From: a virus
Length of the DNA stretch: 64,000 bases
Virus record (IMG/VR): IMGVR_UViG_3300029787_000002
Coordinates: 1-64,000 of that record
Reading direction: 5' to 3' (one strand)
Below the pieces are notes generated by a model that did not search any database, was not told where the DNA came from, and worked only from the letters and a program-made list of their open reading frames with translations. The translations under genes were made by a program, and so were the position numbers. The stretch's first letter is position 1. Each line of letters begins with the position of its first letter. This document shows, piece by piece, positions 38,813-48,798 of this stretch.

Positions 38813-40285
38813 ATGTCAATGGATCTTAAGATCAAGAAGAAGAATGAAGTCTATCTTAAGGTTCAAGCAGAACCTCATATAAATTACGAGTTATCGGATT
38901 TCTTTACCTTTGAGGTTGAGTCTGCAAAGTTTATGCAGAAGCAAAGAAGGTGGAAAGGATGGGATGGAAAGATAAGATTATTCTCTCCTGCTACAGGGGA
39001 GATCTATTGTGGTCTCTATGATTATTTGGTTGACTACGCAAAGAAAAAGGGATACGAGTATGAGACGGAGACCGATGAGAATTTTGGTCATCCTGAAGAT
39101 GTGAATAAGTTTGTGACTCCTGAGGCAGTTGCAGGTTATATGAAATCGTTGAATCTTCCTGTAAAGGTACGCGACTACCAATATCAAGCAGTATACGAAT
39201 GCCTGAGATACAACAGACGACTCCTATTGTCGCCAACTGCCAGTGGGAAATCCTTGATGATTTATTCATTGGTTAGGTATCATGAAAAATTAGACAGAAG
39301 AATTCTTATCGTAGTTCCTACGACGTCTCTTGTTGAGCAAATGTACAAAGACTTTGAATCCTATGGATGGAAAGCGTCTGACTATTGCCACAAAATATAC
39401 GCGGGGCAAGAAAAATACACGAACCATGAAGTAGTAATCACCACTTGGCAGAGTATTTACAAGGAACCTAGTCAATGGTTTAGCAAATTTGATGTCGTGA
39501 TCGGTGACGAGGCGCACCAATTCAAAGCTAAATCTCTTACTTCTCTTATGGGTAAGTTGCATAACTGTAAGTATAGGTATGGATTTACAGGGACACTTGA
39601 TGGTGCAAATGTAAATCAGTTGACTCTAGAAGGATTGTTTGGTAGATGTACACAAGTAACAAGAACTAATGAGTTAATGAAGCAAGGATATATTGCAAAA
39701 CTAAAAGTTAAAATTGTATTATTGAAGCACGAAGAACAACTCTTCGAGGGATATCAGGATGAGATGAGTTATCTTGTAGAGCATGAAGGACGAAATAGAT
39801 TCATTCGTAACCTTGCTACAGATCTAAAAGGGAACACATTGATCCTCTTTAACTATGTAGAGCGTCATGGGGAACCTTTGTTTAACTTGATAAATAGTCA
39901 TGTGGAACGTCCAGTACATTTCGTGCACGGTGGTGTAGATGTTGAAGATCGAGAAGTGATTCGACAACTTACTGAAGTGTCTGACGATGCTATCATCATT
40001 GCCAGTTACGGAACGTTCTCTACAGGGATTAATATCAAAAACTTGCATAATGTAATTTTTGCTTCTCCTTCAAAATCAAGAGTCAGGAACTTACAGTCCA
40101 TTGGGCGAGTATTAAGGAAAGGAGAAAACAAATCACAAGCGACTTTGTATGATATTGCGGATGATATTTCTACTGATCGTGGAAATAACTATACTTTAAA
40201 TCATCTATTAGAACGAGTGAAAGTATACAATGAAGAAAAATTTAATTATGAAATTATAGACGTAAAACTAAAAGCCTATGATTAA
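38813..40285 (+). CDS. uvsW: UvsW helicase
   Basis: RDYQ, SPTASGKS, GDEAH, TGT, STGINI, QSIGR.LR. Confidence 0.95.
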   Translation: MSMDLKIKKKNEVYLKVQAEPHINYELSDFFTFEVESAKFMQKQRRWKGWDGKIRLFSPATGEIYCGLYDYLVDYAKKKGYEYETETDENFGHPEDVNKFVTPEAVAGYMKSLNLPVKVRDYQYQAVYECLRYNRRLLLSPTASGKSLMIYSLVRYHEKLDRRILIVVPTTSLVEQMYKDFESYGWKASDYCHKIYAGQEKYTNHEVVITTWQSIYKEPSQWFSKFDVVIGDEAHQFKAKSLTSLMGKLHNCKYRYGFTGTLDGANVNQLTLEGLFGRCTQVTRTNELMKQGYIAKLKVKIVLLKHEEQLFEGYQDEMSYLVEHEGRNRFIRNLATDLKGNTLILFNYVERHGEPLFNLINSHVERPVHFVHGGVDVEDREVIRQLTEVSDDAIIIASYGTFSTGINIKNLHNVIFASPSKSRVRNLQSIGRVLRKGENKSQATLYDIADDISTDRGNNYTLNHLLERVKVYNEEKFNYEIIDVKLKAYD

Positions 40286-40721
40286 CCATGTAAAACACGA
40301 CGAAGATTTCTTTGGTATTTTTAAAATGACCAATGGAGAGGAAGTACTATCTCGCGCTGTCATCACAGTCGATCAAAATGAATCACTTATCTTTTTACAA
40401 GATCCAGTAATGGTTCATGTAATGACAAAACCTATGAGTGAAACCAAGATGGTGCGTGGAGTTGGATTTGTCAAATGGCAACAACTCTCCGATGAGGAAT
40501 TCTTTGTAGTGAAAGAAAAAGATGTAGTATGCATCGCCACCATGAGCAGAGAGGTTCAACTTTTGTATGAAGGTTACCTCATGACTGAAAATGGAGTCAA
40601 ACCAACGTCGTTCAAGGCAGGGTACCACATCAAACCAGATAAATCTATCGGATACGTTGGTAACACTGATGACTATAGAAAAAAATTAGAAGATATATTT
40701 AAAGCTACTGATAACCCTTGA
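40278..40721 (+). CDS. conserved T4-like cyanophage hypothetical protein (Sm-like fold suspected)
   Basis: KMTNGEEVLS...L.DP...W pattern; typical position before gp55. Confidence 0.65.
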   Translation: MINHVKHDEDFFGIFKMTNGEEVLSRAVITVDQNESLIFLQDPVMVHVMTKPMSETKMVRGVGFVKWQQLSDEEFFVVKEKDVVCIATMSREVQLLYEGYLMTENGVKPTSFKAGYHIKPDKSIGYVGNTDDYRKKLEDIFKATDNP

Positions 40722-40735
40722 ACCCTTACAGTGTT

Positions 40736-40764
40736 ATTGTACTCGGAATTGACATCCTTGTCAA
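40736..40764 (-). promoter_or_regulatory. antisense sigma70 promoter
   Basis: Minus strand TTGACA-N17-TACAAT. Confidence 0.6.
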
Positions 40765-40776
40765 GTATGCTATAAT
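40749..40776 (+). promoter_or_regulatory. sigma70 promoter for gp55 operon
   Basis: TTGACA-N16-TATAAT with TG extension. Confidence 0.8.
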
Positions 40777-40797
40777 AACAACAGCACTTAAACACAC

Positions 40798-41271
40798 ATG
40801 AAGCGAGTCGCCAAGAAAAAACAACACTACGTTGATAACAAAAAGTTCCTAGATGCAATCGTCGAATACAAACGACGTGTTGATGTTGCTAAAGAAAAGG
40901 GACTGGATAAACCTCGTGTCAACGATTATATTGGCGGTTGCTTTCTTAAGATAGCAAATCATCTGTCATTCCGTCCTAACTTTATCAACTATATGTACAA
41001 GGACGATATGATTTGTGATGGTATTGAAAATTGTATTCAATATATCGACAACTTTAATCCTGAAAAATCCAAGAACCCTTTTGCATACTTCACACAGATC
41101 GTATACTACGCATTCCTGAGAAGGATTGCTAAAGAGAAACGGCAGATGGACATCAAAGATAAGATCATTGACAAGTATGGATACTCGGATGTATTCACAG
41201 TTGACGGATCAGCAACAACCGACTATAATAGTATCAAGTCTAATATCCAAGTTAAGACTCGTCGTCAATGA
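40798..41271 (+). CDS. gp55: late sigma factor gp55
   Basis: HYVDNK.FL; PNFINY; DMI.DG.ENC; NPFAYFTQI.YYAFLRRI.KEK. Confidence 0.95.
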   Translation: MKRVAKKKQHYVDNKKFLDAIVEYKRRVDVAKEKGLDKPRVNDYIGGCFLKIANHLSFRPNFINYMYKDDMICDGIENCIQYIDNFNPEKSKNPFAYFTQIVYYAFLRRIAKEKRQMDIKDKIIDKYGYSDVFTVDGSATTDYNSIKSNIQVKTRRQ

Positions 41272-41278
41272 TTTCATT

Positions 41279-42310
41279 ATGAAAATACTCCTGATAACTG
41301 ATCAGCATTTCGGTGTCAGAGGAGACAATCAACACTTTATCAATCACTATAAAAAGTTTTATGGTAAGGTGGTGATTCCTTTTATCAAAGCATCGGGTAT
41401 TAAAGATATTATTTGTCTAGGAGATACGTTTGATAAACGTAGATCTATCAATTTTATGTCTCTGGACGAGGCAAAGAAAATGTGGTTTGATCCTATTGAC
41501 CAACTAGGATGTAGGATGACTATGCTTGTTGGTAATCATGACATTTACTACAAGAATACTTTGCGGGTGAATGCTGCAACTCAAATCTTAGGTGACTATG
41601 ATTTTAAAGTTGTTGAACAACCAACTGAACTGGAGTATGACGGTCTGAAGATCCTCATGCTTCCATGGATTTGTGATGACAATCGCGATGAAGTCTTTAA
41701 TATTGTAGCATCAACTGATGCGAAAGTATGTATGGGTCACTTAGAACTGAATGGTTTTGAGGCACACCCAGGACATGTCATGGAAAGTGGCATGGATAAA
41801 ACTTTGTTTGATAAGTTCAAACGTGTGTTCACTGGACACTATCATCAGAAATCTACTAAAGGTAATATCAGTTACCTAGGCAACCCTTATCAACTATATT
41901 GGAATGACTACGGATGCAAAAGGGGGTTTCACGTTTTTGATACGGATACTCTTAAGACTACTTTTTATAGGAATCCCTTTGACACTTTTCATAAATTGTA
42001 TTATAATAATGGAGTTAGTATCCCAGAGTCGGCAGAACTCGAAGGAGGTTTTGTAAAACTAATCGTTGAAGAAAAAGGCGATTACCAAAAGTTTGATTAC
42101 ACAGTCAAACAACTACAAAACATCGGTCTTGGAGATCTTAAGATTGTCGAAGACCTTAGTGCTGAACTAGAGTGTTCGGATACTACCCTTGAAACAGAGG
42201 ACACTATGACGTTACTCGAATCATACATAGATGAGATAGAACTAAAAGTCAATAAGACTAATATCAAATCTGTAATGAGATCTTTATACGTCGAAGCGTC
42301 TGAACTTTAA
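41279..42310 (+). CDS. gp47: recombination nuclease gp47 (Mre11/SbcD-like)
   Basis: TDQHFG, LGDTFD, GNHD, GHLE, GHYH. Confidence 0.95.
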   Translation: MKILLITDQHFGVRGDNQHFINHYKKFYGKVVIPFIKASGIKDIICLGDTFDKRRSINFMSLDEAKKMWFDPIDQLGCRMTMLVGNHDIYYKNTLRVNAATQILGDYDFKVVEQPTELEYDGLKILMLPWICDDNRDEVFNIVASTDAKVCMGHLELNGFEAHPGHVMESGMDKTLFDKFKRVFTGHYHQKSTKGNISYLGNPYQLYWNDYGCKRGFHVFDTDTLKTTFYRNPFDTFHKLYYNNGVSIPESAELEGGFVKLIVEEKGDYQKFDYTVKQLQNIGLGDLKIVEDLSAELECSDTTLETEDTMTLLESYIDEIELKVNKTNIKSVMRSLYVEASEL

Positions 42311-42567
42311 TGTTTGTTTTAACCGAAGTTGGTACTGGTGGTGTCTATGCTTGCACTAATAAGGAAAAGCAGAAAACTGTAACTGTCTTTGAAAACGAAG
42401 ACGATGCTGAACGGTATGCTATTCTATTAGAAGCAACTGATTACCACAAAGAACTTGAACTCATGGAAGTTGATCCTGATATCATTGCCATGAACTGTGT
42501 TAACTACAACTATAAGTTTACAATCATTAAATCTAACGAACTGATCGTACCTATTATTAAAGAATGA
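42310..42567 (+). CDS. hypothetical protein (DUF3110-like)
   Basis: FE.EDDAERYA.LLEA. Confidence 0.65.
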   Translation: MFVLTEVGTGGVYACTNKEKQKTVTVFENEDDAERYAILLEATDYHKELELMEVDPDIIAMNCVNYNYKFTIIKSNELIVPIIKE

Positions 42568-44285
42568 TTACCTTTGAAACACTTCGTTGGAAGAACTTTC
42601 TTTCGACAGGTGACCAATGGACCGAAATCGATTTAGATGGAAGTCCTTCTACATTAATCGTGGGCAGTAATGGCAGTGGGAAATCGACTATGCTCGATGC
42701 CCTTTGTTTTGCTTTGTTCAACAAACCCTTTAGACAGATTACTAGGGGACAACTAGTAAACAGTATCAATGAAAAGGGACTCAAAGTAGAGGTGACATTC
42801 TCTATTGGTAAGGATGATTATAGAGTATTCAGGGGTGCAAAACCTAACGTCTTTGAACTGTACAGGAATAATAAACTAGTTGATCAAGATGCTGCAGCAA
42901 AAGATACGCAGAAATATCTTGAGCAATCAGTTCTTAAACTTAACTATAAGTCTTTCACACAAGTTGTCATCTTAGGTTCATCAACCTTTGTACCTTTTAT
43001 GCAACTCAAAGGACCTCATAGGAGAGAAGTTATTGAAGATCTACTGGACATCAAGATCTTTTCACAAATGAATCTGTTGCTTAGGGATAGAGTCCGAGCA
43101 ACCATGGCATCAAGCAAAGAATGTGATCACCTGTTGACTGTAGCAGAACAACAAGTATCATCACAACAGAAATTATTAGATAACTTGACCGAGATCAATA
43201 AGTCTCGTCAGGATGAAAGAGAAAAAAAGATCAAAGACAATCGAGTAATGATTGAAGGTCTTGAAAAAGAAAGAGAAACTAAAAAGAAAGAACTATCTGA
43301 ACTCGAAGTTAAGTTAGTTGATGTTGAAGATAAGAGAAGTTCAATGTCAGATCTTAAAAGCGACAAAGCAGATATCACTGCAGAACTAAAATTGGCAAGG
43401 AAAGATATTAAGTTCTTGGAATCTCATGAAGAGTGTCCTACATGCAATCAACTTATTGAAAATGATTTTAGGCAGGCAAGAGTTGGTGTTCTACAAGGCA
43501 AATCTAAAATACAATTAAAGGAACTAGATAAAATTAAGAATGGTATTGATGATCTATTCAGGTCTATTGCTGAAGCAGATGATATGTCTATGCAATGCCA
43601 TGAAAAGAGAAGTGAAATTAGTCAAAGTGAACGTGATATTGTAAGAGTTGAAATGGAAACTCTTAAGATTCAGGATGAGTTGTTTAATCTGAGAGAGAAT
43701 CGTCCATCTATTGATAAGGAAGAGAAAGAACTTAAGGTCTTGCAGAAAGAACTTGCAGAAACTCAAGAAGGGTGTGCAAAAATTAGTAAGAAACTGGATG
43801 AGTTCCAAGTTGTATCACATTTATTGCGTGATGGGGGCATCAAAAGTCAAATCATTAAGAAGTATGTGCCAGTTTTTAACAAACTAATTAATAAATACCT
43901 TAACAACATGGACTTCTTTGTTAATTTTACTCTTGATGAAGAGTTTAACGAGACATTGAAGAGCAGATTTAGGGATGAGTTTACATATTCTTCTTTCTCA
44001 GAAGGTGAAAAGCAGAAGATTGATCTAGCACTACTGTTTACATGGAGAGAAGTTGCTAGAATGAAAAATAGTGTAGCAACTAATCTATTGATTCTTGATG
44101 AAGTATTCGATTCTTCTCTTGATGCAGGTGCAACTAACGAGTTACTTCAAATTTTGAGAGCACTAGGACATTCAACTAACCTATTTGTCATCTCACATAA
44201 AGGTGAGATCTTAGTTGATAAGTTTCTAAGGACTTTAAAGTTTGAAAAGATTAATGATTTCAGTAAAATGTCGGATGATTCCTAA
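42564..44285 (+). CDS. gp46: recombination ATPase gp46 (Rad50/SbcC-like)
   Basis: GSNGSGKST, CPTC hook, FSEGEK, LILDE, ISH. Confidence 0.95.
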   Translation: MITFETLRWKNFLSTGDQWTEIDLDGSPSTLIVGSNGSGKSTMLDALCFALFNKPFRQITRGQLVNSINEKGLKVEVTFSIGKDDYRVFRGAKPNVFELYRNNKLVDQDAAAKDTQKYLEQSVLKLNYKSFTQVVILGSSTFVPFMQLKGPHRREVIEDLLDIKIFSQMNLLLRDRVRATMASSKECDHLLTVAEQQVSSQQKLLDNLTEINKSRQDEREKKIKDNRVMIEGLEKERETKKKELSELEVKLVDVEDKRSSMSDLKSDKADITAELKLARKDIKFLESHEECPTCNQLIENDFRQARVGVLQGKSKIQLKELDKIKNGIDDLFRSIAEADDMSMQCHEKRSEISQSERDIVRVEMETLKIQDELFNLRENRPSIDKEEKELKVLQKELAETQEGCAKISKKLDEFQVVSHLLRDGGIKSQIIKKYVPVFNKLINKYLNNMDFFVNFTLDEEFNETLKSRFRDEFTYSSFSEGEKQKIDLALLFTWREVARMKNSVATNLLILDEVFDSSLDAGATNELLQILRALGHSTNLFVISHKGEILVDKFLRTLKFEKINDFSKMSDDS

Positions 44286-44425
44286 TGGTATGTAAAGTAA
44301 CACTGTATAAAGCAGGAACTGTATTCACTGAAGAAGTGATTGCTATTGATTACGAAGATGCGAAGAAAGTAGCACTTGCAAGAAACCCTGGTGCACAGGT
44401 GATGAGTGTAACTTCGGTCATGTGA
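44285..44425 (+). CDS. 46-aa hypothetical protein (not in ORF track)
   Basis: TAATG coupling; MVCKVTLYKAGTVFTEEVIAIDYEDAKKVALARNPGAQVMSVTSVM. Confidence 0.75.
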   Translation: MVCKVTLYKAGTVFTEEVIAIDYEDAKKVALARNPGAQVMSVTSVM

Positions 44426-44478
44426 CAGTTGAATAAGTGGCACAACAAGTGGCACATGCTTGATCAGTCTGCTATAAT
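44422..44478 (+). promoter_or_regulatory. early promoter with upstream palindromic box
   Basis: GTGACAGTT-GAAT-AAGTGGCAC then TGCTATAAT; AAGGAG SD downstream. Confidence 0.75.
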
Positions 44479-44499
44479 AGGTATATACAAAGGAGATAC

Positions 44500-46686
44500 A
44501 TGATCAATCCAGAAGTCAAAGGCACACTCGCAAAACTACTCGCAACTGAGAACCTTACTGTAGAGCACCGTAAAGTGACTACAGCATATTTTGATGTTGA
44601 GAAGCGTGTTCTTTGTCTGCCTATCTGGAAGACTGCATCTAACACTGTCTATGACCTTCTAGTTGGTCATGAGGTTGGACATGCTCTATACACTCCTAAC
44701 CAAGGTCTTGATGGTGTCAACAAAGGTTTCGTAAATGTTCTTGAGGACATTCGTATCGAGAAGATGATGAAGGTGACCTACCCTGGTCTTCGTAAATCTT
44801 TCTTCCAAGGATATACTGAACTATGGAAAGATGATTTCTTTGGTGTGAATGAAGAAGATATCACCAAACTTCCTTTCATCGATCGTATCAATCTTTTCTA
44901 CAAAGGCAATCCTGAGATTCAGTTCACAGAAGAGGAGCAAGTGTATGTAGATCGTGCTGCTAATACTAAAACATTTGATGATGTTCTACAACTTGCAGAA
45001 GATCTATTCGGTCGTGCAGAAGATATTGAAGATAACAAAATGGACATGCCTCTACCATCACCAGAAGCATCACCAGAAATGGGTGGACAAGGTGAAGGTG
45101 AAGTAACTCCTCAATCATCACAGAATGAACCAACCCAAGAAGGAGATGGTGCAGACCAATCTGCAGAATCTCAACCAAGTCAGTCTGACTCAGACGGTTA
45201 TGGTAATGAGAATGCAGTGATCACTACTAATGGTGTAAACTCATTTGGTCAGGAAGAGTATGATGAGACTGAAAGTATCACTCAAGAAGCATTCAATCAA
45301 GCACTAGAGACTCTTATCGATGACAATGCTAAAGAGTGGGTTTATCTAAGTCTTCCAACTGTAGATCTTAGTGAGGTTGTTATTGGTCACAAAGAAGTTC
45401 AAGAAGATCTTAACAAGCACTATATCTTGGCAGAGCGTCCAGAACTAGAGGGTTCTTATTCTAATCGCACTGAAAAAGAAGCAGGCGAGTACAAACAATA
45501 TGTTGGTGAGCAGGTACAGTTAATGCGTAACGGTTACGAATCATACAAAAAGAATGCAGCAAAATCTGTTAACTATCTTGTAAAGCAGTTCGAGATGAAA
45601 AAGTCTGCTGATGATTACAAGCGTCAGTCTACTTCTCGCACTGGTGTTATCGATACCAACTCACTGTACAAGTACAAGTTGACTGATGACATCTTCAAGA
45701 AGATCACAGTTGTTCCTGATGGTAAGAATCATGGTCTTGTAATGCACATTGACTGGTCTGGTTCTATGTCTAATATCCTTTTGGATACATTGAAGCAAAC
45801 TTACAATCTTGTTTGGTTCTGCAGAAAAGCAGGTATCCCATTCAGAGTTCTTGCATTCCAAGATTCATATCACCACTCTCGTGAAGAAAACCATGGCAAA
45901 CAGGGTGATCTAAACATTCATCAGTCTTTCAAACTTCTTGAGTTCTTCAACTCAAAGCAGAACAAACAGTCTCTTGACAAGTCTATGTTCTTGGTCTGGT
46001 GTCAGGTATGGTCCATGGGTGGATACAATGTTCAGGCACATAGCAAGTATGGTCTTGGCGGTACTCCACTTGCTGAAGCAGTTCTTTGCACTCGTCAAAT
46101 TGTTGACCAGATGAAGAGAGAAGAGAACATTCAAAAAGTAAATGTTGTTTGTCTTACTGATGGTGAAGCAAATCCAATGGCATTCAATGAGTGGTATGAA
46201 CCAGGTTCTGAGCACTACGAACCATACATGAAGAGATCTTCTCTTTGTCATCAAATGGGTAAGGTATTTTACCTTCGTGACCCTAAGACTGGTTTCACTA
46301 AGAAGATCAGCAACAGTCCTTACACTACAACTAAGGAGATTGTAGGTTTCCACAGAGAGATTACTGATTACAACTGGATTGGTATTCGTATCTGCAGTAA
46401 GAGTGAACTCGGTCGTGCAGTTCGTAACAACGTGGACACTGTACCTGCTGACATGGACAAGAAGTGGAAGAAGGAAAAGTTCTTCTCTATCTCAAAGCAA
46501 GCAGGATTCTCTGAGTCTTTCTACATCCCTGATAGAAATCTTGGTGCTGAATCTGAAGATCTTGCGGTTTCTCAAAAAGGTGAAGTTGCTACCAAGGCAG
46601 AACTACAACGTGCATTCAAAAAGCACATGGGTTCTAAGATGGGTAACAAGACTATCTTGAACAAGTTCATCGAACAGATCGCGTGA
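44500..46686 (+). CDS. HExxH metallopeptidase-like plus vWA (CobT-like) protein
   Basis: HEVGH, LED.RIE, acidic linker, DWSGSM MIDAS, GGTPL, LTDGE. Confidence 0.85.
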   Translation: MINPEVKGTLAKLLATENLTVEHRKVTTAYFDVEKRVLCLPIWKTASNTVYDLLVGHEVGHALYTPNQGLDGVNKGFVNVLEDIRIEKMMKVTYPGLRKSFFQGYTELWKDDFFGVNEEDITKLPFIDRINLFYKGNPEIQFTEEEQVYVDRAANTKTFDDVLQLAEDLFGRAEDIEDNKMDMPLPSPEASPEMGGQGEGEVTPQSSQNEPTQEGDGADQSAESQPSQSDSDGYGNENAVITTNGVNSFGQEEYDETESITQEAFNQALETLIDDNAKEWVYLSLPTVDLSEVVIGHKEVQEDLNKHYILAERPELEGSYSNRTEKEAGEYKQYVGEQVQLMRNGYESYKKNAAKSVNYLVKQFEMKKSADDYKRQSTSRTGVIDTNSLYKYKLTDDIFKKITVVPDGKNHGLVMHIDWSGSMSNILLDTLKQTYNLVWFCRKAGIPFRVLAFQDSYHHSREENHGKQGDLNIHQSFKLLEFFNSKQNKQSLDKSMFLVWCQVWSMGGYNVQAHSKYGLGGTPLAEAVLCTRQIVDQMKREENIQKVNVVCLTDGEANPMAFNEWYEPGSEHYEPYMKRSSLCHQMGKVFYLRDPKTGFTKKISNSPYTTTKEIVGFHREITDYNWIGIRICSKSELGRAVRNNVDTVPADMDKKWKKEKFFSISKQAGFSESFYIPDRNLGAESEDLAVSQKGEVATKAELQRAFKKHMGSKMGNKTILNKFIEQIA

Positions 46687-46740
46687 CACTTGAATAAGTG
46701 GCACACACCCATTGCACACAGCAGTTGTACCTGCTATAAT
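46683..46740 (+). promoter_or_regulatory. early promoter with same palindromic box
   Basis: GTGACACTT-GAAT-AAGTGGCAC; TTGCAC-N17-TATAAT. Confidence 0.8.
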
Positions 46741-46774
46741 AAGTACATAACAAACAAACAATCCTTTTAATACA

Positions 46775-47845
46775 ATGACTTTCGCTCCAAACCCAGTTAC
46801 TACTGAACAACTCGTTGACTATCTTACCAATAAGGTTGGTACTGATGTTGGTTGTTCTGATATTCGTTCTGCTGCGAAGGTCCTCAAAGTTGGATATGAG
46901 ACTGCTTGCAGGAGACTCAAAGAATACAAGACAGGTATCGGTAAATGGAATCTTACTACTCAAGAGATCGAAAAAATTTACGAAGCACCTGCTGCACAAC
47001 CTGCAGTAGAACCAACCTACATCCCTGATAAAGATGCTTCCTATGTCCAGTTTGGTACTTACACACCGATTAAAAAGATTATCAAGTCTAAACTCTTTTA
47101 TCCTGCATTCATTACAGGTCTTTCTGGCAACGGTAAAACAATGTCCGTTGAGCAAGTTTGTGCAGACCTTGGTCGCGAATTGATTCGTGTAAACATTACT
47201 ATTGAGACTGATGAAGACGATCTTATTGGCGGTTTCCGTCTTGTTGATGGGTCAACTGTTTGGCATAACGGACCTGTCATCGAAGCACTCGAAAGGGGTG
47301 CAGTCCTGCTACTCGACGAGATTGACCTTGCTAGTAACAAGATCCTCTGCCTACAATCCGTTCTTGAAGGGAAGGGTGTGTATCTGAAGAAGATCGGTAA
47401 GTATGTTCGTCCTGCTAAAGGATTCACAGTTATCGCTACTGCTAACACAAAAGGTAAGGGCAGTGATGATGGTAGGTTCGTCGGTACTAATGTATTGAAT
47501 GAAGCATTCCTTGAGCGTTTCCCTATCACTATCGAGCAAGAGTATCCTTCTTCTGCTATCGAGACTAAGATTCTTGTTGCTAATGGATGTGATAAAAACT
47601 TTACTGAGAATCTTGTCAAGTGGGCAGGTGTTATCCGTAAGACATTCTATGATGGTGGTGTTGATGAAGTTATCACTACTCGTAGACTTGTGCACATTGC
47701 TAAGGCATACTCCATCTTCGGTGATCGTCTTCAAGCAGTTACTCATTGTGTGAACCGTTTCGACAATGACACTAAGCAATCATTCCTTGACCTTTATACA
47801 AAGGTTGACGCAGGAGAAGAAACAGAGTATAATGAAGAGGACTAA
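46775..47845 (+). CDS. cobS: CobS/MoxR-like AAA+ ATPase
   Basis: GLSGNGKT, DLIGG, LLLDEID, ATANTKG, NEAFLERF, TRRL. Confidence 0.85.
   Translation: MTFAPNPVTTEQLVDYLTNKVGTDVGCSDIRSAAKVLKVGYETACRRLKEYKTGIGKWNLTTQEIEKIYEAPAAQPAVEPTYIPDKDASYVQFGTYTPIKKIIKSKLFYPAFITGLSGNGKTMSVEQVCADLGRELIRVNITIETDEDDLIGGFRLVDGSTVWHNGPVIEALERGAVLLLDEIDLASNKILCLQSVLEGKGVYLKKIGKYVRPAKGFTVIATANTKGKGSDDGRFVGTNVLNEAFLERFPITIEQEYPSSAIETKILVANGCDKNFTENLVKWAGVIRKTFYDGGVDEVITTRRLVHIAKAYSIFGDRLQAVTHCVNRFDNDTKQSFLDLYTKVDAGEETEYNEED
47805..47833 (+). promoter_or_regulatory. sigma70 promoter inside cobS 3' end driving the clamp operon
   Basis: TTGACG-N17-TATAAT. Confidence 0.65.
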
Positions 47846-47860
47846 ATCCTCTTCTATATT

Positions 47861-48142
47861 ATGAAGTATCAAGAAGATACGATACTTGAAGAACTACGAT
47901 CATACATCAGTTCGACGTATGGTCAACATTACTCTTCAGGTAATGACAGTATTCAGACTCTCGATTTGATTCAAGCATGTGGGGACGCTGAGGCATTCTG
48001 TCGTAGTAATATTCTTAAGTACGCTTCACGGTATGACAAAAAGGGATCTGCACAAATGGATCTCTTGAAGGTCATGCACTACGCTGTACTCCTTTACCAT
48101 TTTAATCAAAAAGACAAAGAAATCGAAACCTATCCTCAATGA
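47861..48142 (+). CDS. DUF3310-like protein
   Basis: HYS...Q..D.I....AFC.SNILKY..RY.KKG...DL.K. Confidence 0.75.
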   Translation: MKYQEDTILEELRSYISSTYGQHYSSGNDSIQTLDLIQACGDAEAFCRSNILKYASRYDKKGSAQMDLLKVMHYAVLLYHFNQKDKEIETYPQ

Positions 48143-48798
48143 CAGTAATCACTCCCCAAACAATTGAAGTCCTTAAAAACTTTTGTGCGATCAACAAATC
48201 AATCGTTATCAAACCAGGTAATACGATTTCTACTCTGAGCATTAACAAGAACATTCTTGCTATTGCTGAAGTTCAAGAACAGTTTGAATCTGAGATCAGC
48301 ATTTATGATTTGGGTCTTTTTGTTAACGGTCTCTCTCTTTTTGATCAACCAAAGATTGACACCAATAGCAAAAGTTTCGTAGTCGTTAGTGATGAAGTTG
48401 GTCGCTCTAAGACACGGTTCTTCTATGCTGATCCTGAAATCATTACTCAGGCACCTGAGGAAGAGATCAAACTTCCTGACATGGATGTTCACTTTCACCT
48501 AGATTCTGAAACCCATAAGCAACTCAATAAGGCAGCAGCAATCTATCAACTCCCAGACCTTTGTTTGTTTGGTGATGGTGAGGAGATGAATCTCTGTGTT
48601 ACTGACAAGAAGAACGAAACTTCTAATAACTTCTCAGTTAAGGTTGGAAACACAGATCAAACATTCTGTTATTGCTTCCGAGTTGAGAACTTGAAACTTC
48701 TTGCAGGTGCATATGATGTATCTGTTAGTAGTAAAAACGTTGCCAAATTCCAAGGAACTGGCATCAAGTACTATATCGCACTTGAACCTAATGAATGA
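48139..48798 (+). CDS. gp45: sliding clamp gp45
   Basis: T..VLKNF..IN.SI; IYDL..F; ENLKL; YYIALE. Confidence 0.92.
   Translation: MTVITPQTIEVLKNFCAINKSIVIKPGNTISTLSINKNILAIAEVQEQFESEISIYDLGLFVNGLSLFDQPKIDTNSKSFVVVSDEVGRSKTRFFYADPEIITQAPEEEIKLPDMDVHFHLDSETHKQLNKAAAIYQLPDLCLFGDGEEMNLCVTDKKNETSNNFSVKVGNTDQTFCYCFRVENLKLLAGAYDVSVSSKNVAKFQGTGIKYYIALEPNE

Noticed and set aside
41126-48790. Extended N-termini given in the track for gp47 (41126) and gp44 (48701)
   Set aside because: They overlap upstream genes and precede conserved starts; ATG 41279 and 48791 fit better (likewise 57578 rather than 57506)
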